DNA from: an uncultured Syntrophobacterales bacterium
Lineage (GTDB): Bacteria > Desulfobacterota > Syntrophia > Syntrophales > UBA5619
DNA length: 64,000 nt
Direction: 5' to 3'
NCBI GenBank assembly: GCA_903928915.1
Contig: CAIYSL010000068.1
Location: 17,005 to 81,004 of the forward strand
Numbering within the stretch: position 1 is the stretch's first letter; every line of letters begins with the position of its first letter. Below the pieces are notes generated by a model. The model made no database searches and was not told where the DNA came from. It was given only the letters and a program-made list of their open reading frames with translations. Shown here in pieces: positions 1 to 9,648 of this stretch. The position numbers and the translations under genes are program-made.

Positions 1-1
1 C

Positions 2-1196
2 GGCGCGGGCGAGGTCAAACACGAGCAGATAGGCCGTGACCTCCAGGGCAACCGGGTGTGGTCGGAGATCATCGCCCTGCCGATCAAGAACGACGAGGGC
101 GCCGTCGTTTCGGCACTGGAAATCGTCATTCCCGTCACCGAGCGCAGGAATACGGAGTACGCCTTTCGGGCCATCCACGCCATCTCCCAGGCCGTCAACC
201 GCTCGCTCGACCTCGAAACGGTGTTGGACGCCGCGCTGGCAAACGTCATAGAGCTCTTTGCGCCTAATTCCGCCTTCATCCGCCTTCTCGACCCGATCAC
301 CAAGAGACTGGTATTTGCCGCCCAGAAGGGACTCACCGCCGAAGAGCTGGCGCTGCTGAACAAGTCGCAGGACCGGGGGGAGGGCATTACCGCGCTTGCC
401 GTCGATTCAAACGAGATAGTCGTCATCGAGGATATCCTGGCCGATCCGCGGACGGCGAATAAGATGGGTTTCTCGCGGCGGATCGGCTGCCGGTCCGTCG
501 TGTCGCTCCCCCTGTTTGCCAAAGAAAAACTGGTCGGGAACATGAGCTTCCGCACCCGCGAGCCGCGGCCCTATTCCCGGGAGGAGATCGACCTGTTCCG
601 CTCGATCGGCCATCAGATCGGCGTGGCGATCGAGAACGCCACGCAGCAGCGATCATCTGCTGTCGCTGATCAACGATATGCTCGACCTGGCCAAGGTGGA
701 AGCGGGGAAGGAGGCGCTCCTGCTGGCGGAGGTCAAGCTGCCGGAGCTCCTGGAGGAATGCCTGGCCCTGTTCAGGGAACGAACGGCGGCGTGGGACATC
801 CGGTTATCCTTGGACGCAGGCGACTGCCCCGCAGAAGTCCGTGCCGATCGCCGCAAGCTCAAGCAGGTCCTGTTCAATCTGTTGTCCAATGCCGTGAAGT
901 ACACCGCCGACGACGGGCGGGTGTCGCTGAGCGTGCGGAAGCGCCCGGGGGAAGTGGAGATCCGGGTGGCCGATTCAGGCATCGGCCTGCGGCCGGAGGA
1001 CCGGGAGCGGATCTTCGAACCCTTCGAGCAGGTGGAGGACCCGGCCAGCCGCAGGTTCCCGGGCGCCGGCCTGGGGTTGTCGCTGTCCAAACGGTTGGTG
1101 GAGCTGCACGGCGCCAGGATCTGGGCGGAAAGCAACGGGCTCGACCGGGGGAGCACCTTTGCGTTCACGATCCCGTCGGGCACACCTCCACGGTGA
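2..1196 (+). pseudogene. PAS/GAF sensor histidine kinase, 5' end outside window, internally disrupted (phospho-acceptor H-box region missing, frame change near 645-660)
   Basis: Frame 2 is open from the window edge. It reads a PAS-like tail (RDLQGNRVWSEIIALPIKNDEGAVV) and then a GAF domain ending IGVAIENATQQ. Frame 3 continues SDHLLSLINDMLDLAKVEAGK (distal part of a HisKA/DHp helix) followed by HATPase_c boxes (LLSNAVKYT, DSGIGL, GAGLGLS). No H-box is present in any frame between the two parts. Confidence 0.6.
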
Positions 1197-3261
1197 TGCC
1201 GTGCATGATCGCTGCCGCGGCGGGCGCCGTCCCGCCGGTCGCGGTGAACATGTTGGCCGAACCTCCCCGGTCCCTCCCCTCTCCATCGAGGCTGACCCAG
1301 ATACCCTCCGGCAGCGAGACCACCCCGGGCATGACCTCCGCCGAGATGCGGGCGGCGATACGCCCCTCGCCCCGGGCGTTGAACACGCGGACCCTGTCGC
1401 CCTCCCTGATCCCGCGGCTGGCGGCGTCGGCGGGGTGCATGGTCAGGGCGTGCGCGTTCCTCCCGGAGAGGCGGATGAAGTTGCTCTGCGAGTGGGTGTA
1501 GTGGCGCGATTTCGGGGTGATCATGCGCAGCGGGTAGCCCTCTTCCGCGGGCGGCTGCTGCCAGGTCGGGACGGCCGGAAACCCCGTTTCCCGTCGGTAC
1601 CGGTCGCTGGCGATCTCGATCCGGCCCGAGGGGGTGTCCAGGGGGTTTTGCTCCGGGTCGGTCGCGAAGGCGGCCAGGCCGACCCGCTCCGCTGCGGGGC
1701 CCCGGTAGATCCCGGTGCGGCGGAAGGCATCCGGGTCGGGTATTTCGGACAGGGCGATAAACCGCTCCACCCAGGCGGCTGCCGAGCGTCCCTCCGAGAA
1801 GGCCGCGCCGAACCCGAGCCGGTCCGCCAGCTCCCAGAGGGCGTCGTAGTCGCTGCGCGCCTGCCCGCGCGGGGCTGCGGCCGCGGGTTTGTACAACAGA
1901 TAGTTGCCCCCCCAGGGGAGGCCGATGTCCTCCTTTTCCAGCGCCGTGGCTGCCGGGAAGAGCACATCGCACTGCAGGGCCGTGGGCGTCAGGAAGACCT
2001 CGTGGCTCACCGCGAACTCGAGCTTCGCGAAGGCGGCGATGCTCTTGGTGATGTCCGCCCCCTGGTTGACCGGGTTGCCGCCCAGGTTGTACAGCGCGCG
2101 TACGTCGGAGGGATAGCCTCCGGCGCGCCCCGCCAGGATTGCGTCGGGCCAGCGGACGATCGGCAGCGAGGGCTGCGGCGCCGCCGGCGGGATTCCCAAC
2201 CGGCCGACCCGGGGGAGGGGCAGGAGCCGGTTGCTCGCCCCCGTGGACCCGCCGGCCGCCCCGAAATTGCCCGTGGCGGCCTGCAGCGCCACGGTCAGCC
2301 GGTACGGCTCCTCGCCGGCGAACACCCGCTGGATTGAATAGCCCGGAATCAGCATGGCCGGTTTGGCCGCGGCATAGGCCCGCGCGAAGGCGACGATCTC
2401 CTCCGCAGGGGCGCCGCAGATCTCAGCGGCCCAGCCGGGCGTGCAGGCCGGGCCCCCTTCCTGCCCCCGCACGTACCGTTCGAGCCGGTCGAACCCGACA
2501 CAGTGGCTGTCGACGAACGGCCGGTCCAGGAGGTCCTCCGTGCTCAGGACATTAAGCACGGCCAGCATCAGGGCCGCGTCGGTCCCGGGGCGGCAGGGGA
2601 TCCACCAGGCCCCGGTGCGCTCGGCCGTGAAGGAGCGGCGCGGGCCGACGACCACGATCCGGGCGCCCTGCCGGGCGGCGTCGATCAGCCTCCGGTCCAT
2701 CTCGGCGCCCATGCGGGTTTCGAGGACATTTGCCCCCCACAGGACGATCATCCGTGAGCGACGCATCGTCGCCGCGTCATGCCCGGAGTGGATCCAGTCG
2801 CTGCCGAGGAGGTAGGGGAGGGTGAACAGCATCGCGGCATTGCTGTAGTTTCCCGTCAGGCGCGTGCTCCCCCCGAAGAGGTTCATGAACCGGGTCAGCA
2901 GGACGTGGGTGCCGTGGAGCGCCCCGGTCACCGCGAACCCGCTGAAGGACATGACTGCGTGCGGACCGTGCTCGGCACGGATTTCCCCCAGCTTCCGGGC
3001 GGTGATCGCCAGCGCCTCGTCCCAGTCTGCCGGCCGGAACGCCCCGGAGCCGCGGGGGCCTGTCCGTACCAGCGGCGTGAGGATCCGGTCGGACGCCGCG
3101 GTCTCGCGCGGCAGCGCCAGCCCACGCGGGCAGCCGCGAATGTACCTTCCGCCGGCCGGGTTGTACCGGACGCGTTCCACCCGGCCCGCCTCGACGACCG
3201 CCTGCAGCGGACAGGCGTTTCCGCCGCAATCCTTACCGCAGAATGTCGGGATGAGAGCCAT
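1165..3261 (-). CDS. molybdopterin (bis-MGD) oxidoreductase, DMSO-reductase superfamily, cytoplasmic (no Tat signal), substrate unknown
   Basis: 727-aa track ORF. The likely true start is the ATG at 3261 (MALIPTFCGKDCGGNAC), preceded by GGGAGGGAAGGA. It has an N-terminal Cys cluster and long collinear similarity to molybdopterin oxidoreductases (GANVLETRMG, IVVVGPRRS, C-terminal MopB_CT-like PEGIWVS). The 29-codon upstream extension is Arg/Gly/Pro rich and non-coding in character. Confidence 0.85.
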   Translation of the reverse strand: MALIPTFCGKDCGGNACPLQAVVEAGRVERVRYNPAGGRYIRGCPRGLALPRETAASDRILTPLVRTGPRGSGAFRPADWDEALAITARKLGEIRAEHGPHAVMSFSGFAVTGALHGTHVLLTRFMNLFGGSTRLTGNYSNAAMLFTLPYLLGSDWIHSGHDAATMRRSRMIVLWGANVLETRMGAEMDRRLIDAARQGARIVVVGPRRSFTAERTGAWWIPCRPGTDAALMLAVLNVLSTEDLLDRPFVDSHCVGFDRLERYVRGQEGGPACTPGWAAEICGAPAEEIVAFARAYAAAKPAMLIPGYSIQRVFAGEEPYRLTVALQAATGNFGAAGGSTGASNRLLPLPRVGRLGIPPAAPQPSLPIVRWPDAILAGRAGGYPSDVRALYNLGGNPVNQGADITKSIAAFAKLEFAVSHEVFLTPTALQCDVLFPAATALEKEDIGLPWGGNYLLYKPAAAAPRGQARSDYDALWELADRLGFGAAFSEGRSAAAWVERFIALSEIPDPDAFRRTGIYRGPAAERVGLAAFATDPEQNPLDTPSGRIEIASDRYRRETGFPAVPTWQQPPAEEGYPLRMITPKSRHYTHSQSNFIRLSGRNAHALTMHPADAASRGIREGDRVRVFNARGEGRIAARISAEVMPGVVSLPEGIWVSLDGEGRDRGGSANMFTATGGTAPAAAAIMHGITVEVCPTGS

Positions 3262-3581
3262 CGATCGTCCTTCCCTCCCGCCGGAAGGCGGGTGTGCCGC
3301 GGTTCGCCTCCCCGCACCTTGACCGGGAGGAATCCGCAGACACCGCACTGGGCGTTCGGGATTCTCCGCTCCGGTGCGATCGGGCAGCCAATCGGAAACG
3401 GCTGCACCGTAGCGTTCCTCCGGCTATTCAATCCGTTTATCCGGCACGGTTCCCCGTGTCAAGCTCCGTTTGGCGATGCCGGGCCGGCAAGCCGCCGAAA
3501 CGATCCAATTCTGCAGAGAAAACGACATCGTCATCGACAGAGGGCGTGAGCACCGGAACAAAATCGTGTCGCAAATAATGG

Positions 3582-3610
3582 TTGACATCAATCCGGTGGC
3601 TTCGTATCGT
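3582..3610 (+). promoter_or_regulatory. candidate sigma70-type promoter for the ABC transporter operon
   Basis: TTGACA (3582-3587), 17-nt spacer, TATCGT (3605-3610), about 45 nt upstream of the GTG start at 3657. Motif match only. Confidence 0.3.
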
Positions 3611-3656
3611 TCACGCATTGTCCTGTTGATTCCTATCCGTTTCAGGGAGGTGACAC

Positions 3657-5183
3657 GTGGCAGAGGAGCAGGCTCCGGTCTTGATCAAGGCGAGGGGGAT
3701 CCGGAAGGAATTCCCGGGTGTGCTGGCGTTAAGCGACATCGACTTCGATCTGCGGGCGGGCGAGGTTCACGTGCTGCTCGGGGAAAACGGGGCCGGCAAG
3801 TCCACCCTGATCAAGATCTTCTCCGGGCTCTACCCGAAGGACGGCGGGCAGATCTGGATCAGCGGACGGGAAACGGAGATCGGTTCTCCCCGGGAGGCGC
3901 TGAACCTGGGGATCAGCACCATCTATCAGGAGTTCAACCTCGTATCGACCCTGACGGTGGCGGAGAACATCTTCCTCGGCCGGGAGAAGCTCAAGGGCCG
4001 GCTGATCGATTGGAAGCGGACCTTCAGCGAAGCCGACAGCCTTCTGCAGAGCCTGGACATGCACGTCGACTCCCGCACCGTGGTGCGCGACCTGGGTGTT
4101 GCGGAGAAGCAGATGGTCGAGATCGCCAAGGCCCTGAGCGAAAAGGCCAAGATCCTGATCCTGGACGAGCCGACAGCCGTGCTGACGGCCAGGGAGATCG
4201 AAAAGCTCTTCTCGATCATCAAGAACCTGCGGAACCAGGGGGTGGGGATCATCTACATCTCGCACCGCCTGGAGGAAATTCCCCTGGTTGCCGACCGGGT
4301 TACCGTTCTGCGGGACGGCATCCTGGTGGGGACCCTCGGAATCGCGGAGGGCGATCAGAACAGCTGGATCCGGATGATGGTCGGCCGCGAGCTGAAGGAC
4401 AAGTTTCCGGCCCGCACGGTGAAGCGGGGGGATGAGCTGCTGCGGGTGGAGCACCTCAGCCGCGCGGGGGTTTTGGACGATATCTCGTTTACGCTGCACC
4501 GGGGGGAGGTCCTCGGCATTGCGGGCCTGGTCGGGGCCGGCCGGACGGAGCTGGGACGGGCGATCTTCGGCGCGGACAGGATCAGCGGGGGAAAGATATT
4601 CCTGCGGGGAAAGGCGGTCACGATCAATTCCCCCTCCGATGCTATCGCCAACCGGATCTGCTATCTGCCCGAGGACCGCAAGACCCATGGCGTGGTCCTG
4701 ATCCTGTCGGTTGGGAACAACCTGACCCTCGCCTCGCTCGACAGGCTCTGCTTCAAGAATATCATCAATCGCAAGAAGGAAAGGCGATTGGCCGAAGAGT
4801 ACGTTTCCAAACTGCAGATTCGGACGCCGGCGCTCGACCGGAAGGTGATGTTTCTGAGCGGCGGCAACCAGCAGAAGGTCGTCATCGCCAAGTGGCTCTG
4901 CGCACAGAGCGACCTGTTCATCTTCGACGAACCGACCCGGGGGATCGACGTGGGCGCAAAGGTCGAGGTGTACAACCTGATCAACGAACTGGTGCACCAG
5001 GGGGCGGGGGTCATCATGATCTCTTCCGAACTTCCGGAAATACTCGGGATGAGTGATCAGATCCTGGTGATGCGAAAGGGAAGGGTTACCGGCGAATTCA
5101 CGCGGGAAGGGGCTACCCAGGAGGAGATCCTGAGCAGGGCCTGGGGCAATGTGGGCGATCAGGAGGAGGCAAGATTCGTATGA
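3657..5183 (+). CDS. sugar ABC transporter ATP-binding protein, duplicated ABC domains (RbsA/MglA type)
   Basis: GTG start preceded by AGGGAGG. Two Walker A/signature/Walker B sets (GENGAGKST ... ILILDEPT; GAGRTEL ... LSGGNQQKV ... FIFDEPTRGID). Confidence 0.9.
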   Translation: MAEEQAPVLIKARGIRKEFPGVLALSDIDFDLRAGEVHVLLGENGAGKSTLIKIFSGLYPKDGGQIWISGRETEIGSPREALNLGISTIYQEFNLVSTLTVAENIFLGREKLKGRLIDWKRTFSEADSLLQSLDMHVDSRTVVRDLGVAEKQMVEIAKALSEKAKILILDEPTAVLTAREIEKLFSIIKNLRNQGVGIIYISHRLEEIPLVADRVTVLRDGILVGTLGIAEGDQNSWIRMMVGRELKDKFPARTVKRGDELLRVEHLSRAGVLDDISFTLHRGEVLGIAGLVGAGRTELGRAIFGADRISGGKIFLRGKAVTINSPSDAIANRICYLPEDRKTHGVVLILSVGNNLTLASLDRLCFKNIINRKKERRLAEEYVSKLQIRTPALDRKVMFLSGGNQQKVVIAKWLCAQSDLFIFDEPTRGIDVGAKVEVYNLINELVHQGAGVIMISSELPEILGMSDQILVMRKGRVTGEFTREGATQEEILSRAWGNVGDQEEARFV

Positions 5184-6172
5184 CAGAAGCGGCAAGCACG
5201 GCGACGCAGGCAGCGGGGGGGGCACGGAAAAAGAAGTGGTACCGGCGGATCTCGACCGAGCGGGCGGGGCTGATCATCGCCATCATCGCCCTCTCCGCCA
5301 TCTTCGGCACCATCAACCCGAACTTTTTCTCCTACACCAACATCACCAACGTGATGCGGCAGGTTTCCGTGCTGGCGATCGTTTCGGTGGGCCAGACGCT
5401 GGCGATCATGCTGGCGGGAATCGACCTCTCGGTCGGCTCCATCCTCGGCTTCATCAGCGTGTTCGGCGCGGCGCAGATCGTCTCCTTCGGGATACTTCCC
5501 GGGGTCCTGATCGCCCTGCTGGTTTCGGCCGCCATCGGCGCCTTCCAGGGGTACTGGGTCGCCAAATTCAAGATCCCCGCCTTCATCGTCACCTTGGGCG
5601 GGCTTTCCTTCCTCCGCGGGGGGGCGTTCGTCTACTCGAATGGGATGCCCGTTTCCGGACTTCCCGACGAGTTTCTGCTGTTGGGGTCCGGGTCGTTCAT
5701 GGGGGTTCCGATCCCGGCCATCATCGCCCTGGTCGTTTATCTGGTCTTCCACTTCATGCTGACCCGTACCCGGACGGGGCGCTACCTCTACGCCATCGGC
5801 GGAAACGAGGAGGCGGCGGTCCTTTCCGGGATCAAGGTGGGGCGGTACAAGATTTTTGCCTATTGCATGAGTGGCCTGCTGGCCGGGTTGGCCTCGATCA
5901 TCCTCACCTCCCGCGTGGTCTCGGGACAGCCGACCCTCGGTGAGGCCTTCGAGCTGCAGGCGATCGCGGCGACGATCATCGGGGGAACCTCCTTTTCCGG
6001 TGGGCAGGGAACGCTGGTCGGGACCTTCCTGGGGGTCGTCCTGATGGCGATCATCGGAAACGGGCTGAACCTGATCAGGGTCTCCTCCTTCATCCAGATG
6101 ATGGTCCTCGGGGCGATCATCGTGTTCGCCGTCACGCTGGATACGATCCAGCACCGGAAAAGCGGCAAATAA
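5180..6172 (+). CDS. sugar ABC transporter permease (RbsC/BPD_transp_2 type)
   Basis: ATGA overlap with the upstream ATPase gene. The protein is multi-TM and hydrophobic, with typical motifs (GGIDLSVGS, YAIGGNEEAA). Confidence 0.9.
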   Translation: MTEAASTATQAAGGARKKKWYRRISTERAGLIIAIIALSAIFGTINPNFFSYTNITNVMRQVSVLAIVSVGQTLAIMLAGIDLSVGSILGFISVFGAAQIVSFGILPGVLIALLVSAAIGAFQGYWVAKFKIPAFIVTLGGLSFLRGGAFVYSNGMPVSGLPDEFLLLGSGSFMGVPIPAIIALVVYLVFHFMLTRTRTGRYLYAIGGNEEAAVLSGIKVGRYKIFAYCMSGLLAGLASIILTSRVVSGQPTLGEAFELQAIAATIIGGTSFSGGQGTLVGTFLGVVLMAIIGNGLNLIRVSSFIQMMVLGAIIVFAVTLDTIQHRKSGK

Positions 6173-6290
6173 GCGGGGAATGCCTGCCTGCGGACAGGCC
6201 TTTGCCTCCCCGGGGTCGGGGGGGTGGAACAGGTGGCAAGGTCGTTCAACGAAAAAAAAGAGTGGTTTACCGTTAGACGAGGAGGGACAG

Positions 6291-7355
6291 ATGAGATTGC
6301 GGAAAAGAGTATGGATGGTATTGCTTGCGCTCGCGTTTGCCGTGACCGCGACGGGGTTTGCCGGTTCCGTGCAGGCTGCCGACAAGAAGCAGCCCTATCA
6401 GCTGGTGAAGGAGGGGGACACGCGGACCGCACCAGCGGCGGTCAAGGCGTCGAAGCCCTATAAGATCGGGATCGTGGTGCCCCACCTGGCGAATCCCCAT
6501 TTCATCTCCATGGCGTGGGGGTATATCAGCGAGGCACAGAAGCTGGGCGTGAACCCGATCCTGTTTGAGGCGGGCGGGTACAAGAACCTCGACCGCCAGT
6601 TGCAGCAGGTGGAGGATCTCATCGCCACGCCGGTGGATGCCCTGTGTCTGGTTCCCGTCGACTTCAACGGCTCCGTGCCGATGGTGCAGTCCGCGCTGAA
6701 GAAGGGGGTTCCGGTGATCAATGTCAACGTCATGACGGCCGGCAAGGAGGTGGTAACCCGCATCCGCTCCGATGACGAGGAGATCGGCCGGATGCAGGCG
6801 GAACAGATGAGCAAGCGGCTCAACGGAAAAGGGAGCGTCCTGATTCTCGCCGGGCCCGCGGGGACCTCCTGGGCCGTGGGCCGGTCGAAGGGGTTCGAGG
6901 ATTTCATGAAGGCGAAATTCCCCAACATCAAGATCATCGAAAAGCGGTGGCTCGATTCCGACCCTGCCGCGGGGATGAAGGAGATGGAGGACGCCCTTCA
7001 GGCCTATCCGAACATCGATGGGGTCATGACCGGGAGCGACATGCTGGGGCTCGGCGTCGGCCAGGCGATATTCGCCGCCGGTAAGGCGGGGAAGATCGTG
7101 CTCACGACCAGCGACTCCCAGCCCGATTGCATCAAGGCGGTCAAGGACGGCAAGATCAGCGCGACGGTCGTCCAGTCCTCCGCCACCATGGGGCAGTGGG
7201 GAATGAGAGCCGCCGTAGCGGCACTGGAAGGGAAAGCCGCGCAGATGACGACCCGCTATTGGACGCCGCTGTACATCGTCGATAAATCAAACGCCGATAG
7301 CTTCAAGTTCGAAGGAATCTCTCGTCCGCCCGCAGGCTGGACGGTTCCCAAATGA
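6291..7355 (+). CDS. sugar ABC transporter periplasmic substrate-binding protein (PBP type 1, RbsB-like)
   Basis: ATG at 6291 preceded by GGAGGG. Signal peptide MRLRKRVWMVLLALAFAVTATGFAGSVQA. The mature part is PBP1-like (IGIVVPHLANPHF, GVPVINVN). The track ORF start at 6180 is a spurious extension. Confidence 0.85.
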   Translation: MRLRKRVWMVLLALAFAVTATGFAGSVQAADKKQPYQLVKEGDTRTAPAAVKASKPYKIGIVVPHLANPHFISMAWGYISEAQKLGVNPILFEAGGYKNLDRQLQQVEDLIATPVDALCLVPVDFNGSVPMVQSALKKGVPVINVNVMTAGKEVVTRIRSDDEEIGRMQAEQMSKRLNGKGSVLILAGPAGTSWAVGRSKGFEDFMKAKFPNIKIIEKRWLDSDPAAGMKEMEDALQAYPNIDGVMTGSDMLGLGVGQAIFAAGKAGKIVLTTSDSQPDCIKAVKDGKISATVVQSSATMGQWGMRAAVAALEGKAAQMTTRYWTPLYIVDKSNADSFKFEGISRPPAGWTVPK

Positions 7356-7362
7356 CGATCAG

Positions 7363-7392
7363 CCCGTCCCGGACCGACCGGTCCGGGACGGG
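7363..7392 (+). terminator. perfect GC-rich stem-loop downstream of the ABC operon
   Basis: CCCGTCCCGGACC-GACC-GGTCCGGGACGGG forms a 13-bp perfect stem starting 8 nt after the stop codon. No U-tract follows, so function as an intrinsic terminator is uncertain. Confidence 0.45.
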
Positions 7393-7518
7393 ACAGTGAA
7401 GAGGAGGGAGAATCGATCCGGACCGGGGTCCGCCCCGTTCCGGATCGATTCGCTCACACCACCCGGGGGGCGGCGCAGGGCCCCGGCCGGGTTTATTTGT
7501 TTCAGCGAAGGAAGTGCC

Positions 7519-8415
7519 ATGGATATTCAACGGACTGCCGTGATCGGTCTCGGCATGATGGGCACCCCCCTGGCCAGCCTGCTCCTCAAGGCGGGCTACA
7601 TGGTGGCGGGGTACGATGTCGTGGAAAGACAGATGACGGAACTCGTGCCGCTCGGACTCAAGCCGACGAAATCGCCGCGGGAAGCGGCATCAGGGGCGGA
7701 GCTCATCCTGCTGTCGCTTGCCAACTGGACTGTGGTCCGGGAGGTCGTGGAAGGAAAGAACGGCCTGTTCGAGGGGCTCCGCGAGGGGCAGATCATCCTG
7801 GACATGAGCACCTCGCCGCCCGGCGAGTCGATCGCCATGGGGAAGATGCTGGCCGCCCGGGGGGTGGAGTGGATGGACGTACCGATTTCCGGGGCCGCAT
7901 CCCAGGCCCGGGTTGGTAACATGGTCTTCATGGCCGGGGGCAAGCGGCAGGTCTTCGACCGCATCCGCCCCGTCCTCGAAAGAATCGGCAAGAAAACCGT
8001 CTATGTGGGGAAGAGCGGTGACGCGGCGATGCTCAAGCTCGTCGTGAACCTCATCCTCTACCTTACCGAGGGGGCCGCTGTCGAAGGGCTCGTGCTGGGG
8101 CTGAAGGCCGGCCTCGATCCGGACGTGATGTACGACGTGATCACCTCGGGGGCGGCTGCGAGCGATCTGATCATCTCCCGGGGAAGGGATATGCTGGCGG
8201 GCCGTTTCGAACCCAAGGGGCAGGTCAGCGTGGCCGTCAAGGACATGGGCGTGATCCTGGAGCGTGCCAAACAACTGGGTGTGATGCTGCCCGTGGGTGG
8301 GTTGTACCAGCAGCTGCTGCTCCAGGCCCACTACGAGGGGTGGGATAACGAGGATGCGACCTCGGTGATGAAGATCTACGAAAAGCTCTCCGGTCCGTCC
8401 CGCGACGCCCGCTAG
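7519..8415 (+). CDS. NAD(P)-dependent beta-hydroxyacid dehydrogenase (3-hydroxyisobutyrate/6-phosphogluconate dehydrogenase family)
   Basis: ATG at 7519 gives MDIQRTAVIGLGMMGTPLASLLL (Rossmann GxGxxG). The C-terminal NAD_binding_11-like helices follow (KLVVNLILY, VAVKDMG). Confidence 0.85.
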   Translation: MDIQRTAVIGLGMMGTPLASLLLKAGYMVAGYDVVERQMTELVPLGLKPTKSPREAASGAELILLSLANWTVVREVVEGKNGLFEGLREGQIILDMSTSPPGESIAMGKMLAARGVEWMDVPISGAASQARVGNMVFMAGGKRQVFDRIRPVLERIGKKTVYVGKSGDAAMLKLVVNLILYLTEGAAVEGLVLGLKAGLDPDVMYDVITSGAAASDLIISRGRDMLAGRFEPKGQVSVAVKDMGVILERAKQLGVMLPVGGLYQQLLLQAHYEGWDNEDATSVMKIYEKLSGPSRDAR

Positions 8416-8442
8416 GACGCCGCGCGGCTCGGGGAACGAGCG

Positions 8443-9636
8443 TTACCCCGCTTTCCGGACGGAAGCGGCGGAAGCCGCCCGTTCCTTTCGCTCGCGGATC
8501 AGGCGCCGGTAAAAGGCGAACAGCTCCGCGTCTTGCCGCTTCCCGGGCATCGGCTGCCGGGCCTGCAGGTCGGAGTGCGGTTTGCCCACGTCGACCGGGG
8601 ATGCGTGGGTCATCCCGGCCTCGGTCCCGTAATAGATGATCGGGGGCTGGTCGAGGGCGAACTGGAGACGGGCGGCGGCCTTCAGCCTCCCCCTGTCGTT
8701 TCGGCACTCGTACAGGAAGCGGTTCGTGTCGTGGTTGTCGAGAAAGGTCGGCAGGTGATACCCCGCGGGGTACCGCGCGCGGCGCCTGCTGAGGATCTTC
8801 TCCAGCGCCGCGGCGGATTCCCCGCGCCGGGCGATGCGGCCGCAGACCAGGTTCCGGAAGCCGAAATCCAGGACGCCGTCGAGCTCGCCGCAGTACTCTT
8901 TCTGGACGGCATCCTGGGACACGCCCAAGAGCCAGCGGATGTATCGGTTGTTGATCCGCAGGGTCCTGAAGTGCCGCCGGTTGATCCCTTCCAGCCAGGC
9001 TTCGCCGATCAGGACGGCGGCGGGATAATCCCTCGTGATCTCCGCCCGGAAGTGCTTCCAGAATGCGTGCGTCGGGCCGATCACATGGTCCAGCCGGAAA
9101 CCGTCGAGCCCCAGGGAGAGCCACTGTTTCGCCGCGGAGACGATGTGGTCGCGCGCTTCCGGGAAGTCCAGGTTCAGTTTCGGCAGCTCGGCAACGTCGA
9201 GAAAGCAGAGATACCGGTCGGGCCACCCGGTGAAGAAGAACCAGGAGAAATACCGGCTGTGTCTGTTCTGCTGCGCCTCCTGGAAAAAGGGGTGGCTGCG
9301 GGAGCAGTGGTTGGGCACGAAGTCGGCGATGACCCGGATGCCGGCTGCGTGCGCCCGATCGATCAGCCTCTGCAGGTCGTCCGGTGTGCCGAACCGGGGC
9401 TCCACCCGGAAATAATCCGTCACATGGTAGCCGTGGTAAGCGCTGGTCTTACAGAAAGGGGAGAGCCAGAGCGCAGTGACGCCCAGTTCCTCCAGATAGG
9501 GGAGTTGTTGCGTGATGGCCGGGAGATTTCCGCCGAGGAACTCGGGCCGGAGCCCCTCCGGCGAGGACAGGCCGGCAAACCGGTCGATCAGCAGATGGTA
9601 GATGATCGCGTCCCGAAACCAGTCGGTCGAAGCCAT
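8443..9636 (-). CDS. alpha-amylase family glycoside hydrolase (GH13)
   Basis: GH13 conserved regions: DFVPNH, GFRLDHV, GEAW, FLDNHD. N-terminal DAIIYHLLIDRF. Confidence 0.85.
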   Translation of the reverse strand: MASTDWFRDAIIYHLLIDRFAGLSSPEGLRPEFLGGNLPAITQQLPYLEELGVTALWLSPFCKTSAYHGYHVTDYFRVEPRFGTPDDLQRLIDRAHAAGIRVIADFVPNHCSRSHPFFQEAQQNRHSRYFSWFFFTGWPDRYLCFLDVAELPKLNLDFPEARDHIVSAAKQWLSLGLDGFRLDHVIGPTHAFWKHFRAEITRDYPAAVLIGEAWLEGINRRHFRTLRINNRYIRWLLGVSQDAVQKEYCGELDGVLDFGFRNLVCGRIARRGESAAALEKILSRRRARYPAGYHLPTFLDNHDTNRFLYECRNDRGRLKAAARLQFALDQPPIIYYGTEAGMTHASPVDVGKPHSDLQARQPMPGKRQDAELFAFYRRLIRERKERAASAASVRKAG

Positions 9637-9648
9637 GGCAGGTCCCGT

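Noticed and set aside
3262-3480. Possible Moco riboswitch in the leader of the molybdopterin oxidoreductase
   Set aside because: Some pairing potential and a CCUCCCGG...CAAGG string are present. I could not match the conserved Moco-motif core from memory, so this is left for an Rfam scan (see finding).
653-6385. Long antisense or out-of-frame ORFs over the kinase, molybdoenzyme and ABC genes (653-1972 minus, 1159-2337 plus, 3729-5225 minus, 5159-6385 minus). Similar ones occur elsewhere (8237-9226, 15051-16262, 36684-38267, 40469-42169, 51602-53263, 52812-54725).
   Set aside because: All have low-complexity R/G/P/A composition and no motifs. Each overlaps a gene on the other strand or frame that has clear homology.
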